Of a stretch of DNA of 64,000 bases, positions 61,901-64,000 are shown one piece after another. Positions within the stretch are counted from its first letter, which is position 1, and every line of letters starts with the position of its first letter. This DNA is from Microbotryum violaceum. Its lineage: Eukaryota. The stretch covers positions 496,001-560,000 of the forward strand of contig CDLV01000010.1 of NCBI GenBank assembly GCA_001244265.2, read 5' to 3'. A program made the position numbers and the translations under genes. Below the pieces are notes generated by a model. That model saw nothing but the letters and a program-made list of their open reading frames with translations. It searched no databases and was not told the DNA's origin.

Positions 61901-64000
61901 CGAAGATCCATGCGTGATCGACCCGATCGTACGCGCTCTGCTGATCCAAGGACAAGAGGGCGCCCTCGGGAAAACTTCAGTGCCTAGCGACTTGAGTTTT
62001 TCGAGAAGGAGAGTGAGATGACTTCCCGCGTCTGCTGAACGTCTTGATGGCATGAACCCGTGTTGCGCCGGCGGCAAAAGCTCGCCGAGCACCCCATTGA
62101 GTCGCGCCACCAAGACCTTGCTGAGGACCTTGTAGGTCGTCTCGCGCAGTGTGATCGGTCGATATGCCCCCAGTGATTTCAGATTGGCCCCCGGTTTGTT
62201 CTTGGGCAAAAGCCGCACCAGCCCCTCTGCCAAGGACGCCGTCATTTTACCTCCCTCCCAAATCGAGTTGAACAAATCCAACAGCTTGGGAGCAAAGTAG
62301 GTTGGCAGCGCCTTGAAGAGCTCGTACGGAATGCCCGAGGGCCCCGGTGATCGCCCCGAATCCGTCTTCTTCAACGCCGCTTCAACCTCGAGGAGGGTGA
62401 AGGGCTCATCAAGCGCCACTCTCGCTTGACGAGGCAGCCGACGACCGAACGTAGGGTCCGAGCGGTCGTCATCGTAGCATTTCGCCGCGCGAATAGGGTC
62501 GAGCAGGGACCGACGTGGGTTCGTCGGGTCGCCATGAGCTGGGTCCGGCGTGAAGAGCGACTGTGCGTGCCGTGAAGCAATACCCAGCGCCTCCTGCATG
62601 TCAACGGTCTCGGTGCCATCCACATCCTCCAGCGAGACGATGCTCGTCTGGCGACTCCGGCGGTTGAGACGCGTGCGAATGCTTGCCGATTGACCTTCCC
62701 TCGAGTCGACTGACGGCACATGCGCACGAATGCGCAGCCACTGAGCCTCCTTTACCGCCAACTGATCCAACTGCGACTTGGCGAGAGCATACGCATCGCG
62801 CTCGGCCTCATTCATATGCTCACCGCGTGCCTCCAGCGCCTCCATGACGGATTGGTTCTCGGCCCGCAGTCGGCGCATGTCGGCACGAGTCGAGCGGTAT
62901 CGTGCATGGCCAGCGACTGCAACCGCCCGCAGAGCGGCGTCATAGACGTCGCCGAGCGGAGCGGTCCCCTCGAGCCTTCGATAGACCTCGTCGACGACCC
63001 CGGGAATCGATGCGACAAAGTCTTGATCGTCAAAGACCGTTGGGTTGAGCCTCGAAATGAAATCGCTCGTAGAGGGAAGAGAAAGGGGGGTTCGGCATCA
63101 GCGTTCGACGTAGGCAATGCGAAAGTCGCAACTACAGGTCTGTGGTCCGAACAGGGCGCGTCGAAGAGCGTAGAAGCGCCCAACAACCGGTTTGCCCAAC
63201 TGCATTGGACAAGAATATAGTCGATCCGCGACCACGAGCAAATCTTTCGCTCCTCCCCTCTACCACGGTAGTGAGGACGAGTGAATGCGGGGGTGCAAGA
63301 ATGGACATGTCGGACCGTGTCGAGTGCCTTGAACGCGATCTTTGACAGTAAGGTCTGCCAGTGCGATACAGGAGTCCAAGCGCGATCGGTGATGGACACT
63401 CGGTCGACCGATACATCCGGACAATCATTGAGATCGCCGGCCAAGATCCGAAGAGTCTTGGGTCTCGGGGCGTTGAAATGCAGGAGCCCGAAAAAGTCGC
63501 GACGATCGTCCTCCTGTACCGGCGCGTACATGTTGATGATCTCAACATCGAGCTCCTCAAGACGAAACACCGAGCGCAGAATCCGACCGTCGAGACGAGG
63601 AGCTCCTGCAAAGACGACCGGGGTAGAGGAAAGGAGATGGCCCGCCAAAGGTGAGCCATCGGGTATGAGGGTAAGGACATGAGGAGTGAAACGAATACAA
63701 GCCCCTGGCCAAGCACTCTCGAAGCCTTCGCGCGACGCGTTGTAGCTGAGGTGGTGCTCTTGCAGGAGAATGGCCGCAGGGGCCGGCCGAAGGGTTTTGA
63801 GATAGCGGATGATTTTGACTTGGTTGACTGCGTTCTTGATCGATCGGACGTTGAACGTTAACACGGTGAGGGACTCAATCATGAATAAATTGGATCAGCG
63901 CCGCCCCCTCGAATTCGGTCATCTCGGACCTGTGACCCCCTGAGCCGTCACCCCCTGATGCACCGAGGATCATGGCGGATCCCGCCCGGGTGACACGTCG
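58919..64000 (-). mobile_element. Second L1-clade non-LTR retrotransposon (different family), 5' end beyond the window
   Basis: Putative ORF1 end (TGA 63897-63895), ORF2 63882-59885, about 1 kb 3' UTR, AAT-type tail at 58919-58933. Confidence 0.92.
59885..63882 (-). pseudogene. LINE ORF2 (APE-RT-zinc finger) with frameshifts
   Basis: TFNVRSI, LLQEHH, NMYAP, AGDLND, SRIDYI, SDHRPV; SPGPSGIPYE, YRPITL, DQQSAYDRVDH, GDPLS, AFADD; CLFC..ETVSHYFFEC. Confidence 0.9.

Overview
Eukaryotic, intron-rich, GC-rich fungal DNA. The gene set (DUF2015, DUF2420, Cin1-type intersectin) suggests a basidiomycete, probably a Pucciniomycotina yeast or smut; this is inference. About 20 spliced genes are supported: TYR1 (partial), ERV1, TRM82, RPE1, myosin light chain, DUF2015, DUF2420 acidic protein, BFR2, ZIM17, a TPR protein, GRX5, an 829-aa orphan, a CDF zinc transporter, a 61-aa twin-CX9C NDUFAF8-like microprotein, a conserved hypothetical protein, ADE1, UTP4, a DDX60-like helicase, a SNF2 helicase and intersectin/Cin1. 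Two different L1-clade non-LTR retrotransposons are present: one full length (5860-11017) with an 8-bp target-site duplication, one running off the right edge. I found no clearly new multi-gene system. The most unusual signals are (i) a head-to-tail stack of A-tailed retroelement 3' ends at 58.4-59.1 kb with a duplicated, foldable 137-bp unit, (ii) a 106-bp orphan copy of the first LINE's 3' end at 29.4 kb, (iii) a DDX60-like helicase head-to-head with a SNF2 helicase around a palindrome, and (iv) splicing oddities: tandem GC-AG introns, start codons split by introns, and a possible short intersectin isoform. Exon boundaries were read by eye, family calls are from motif recognition, and no search was run.
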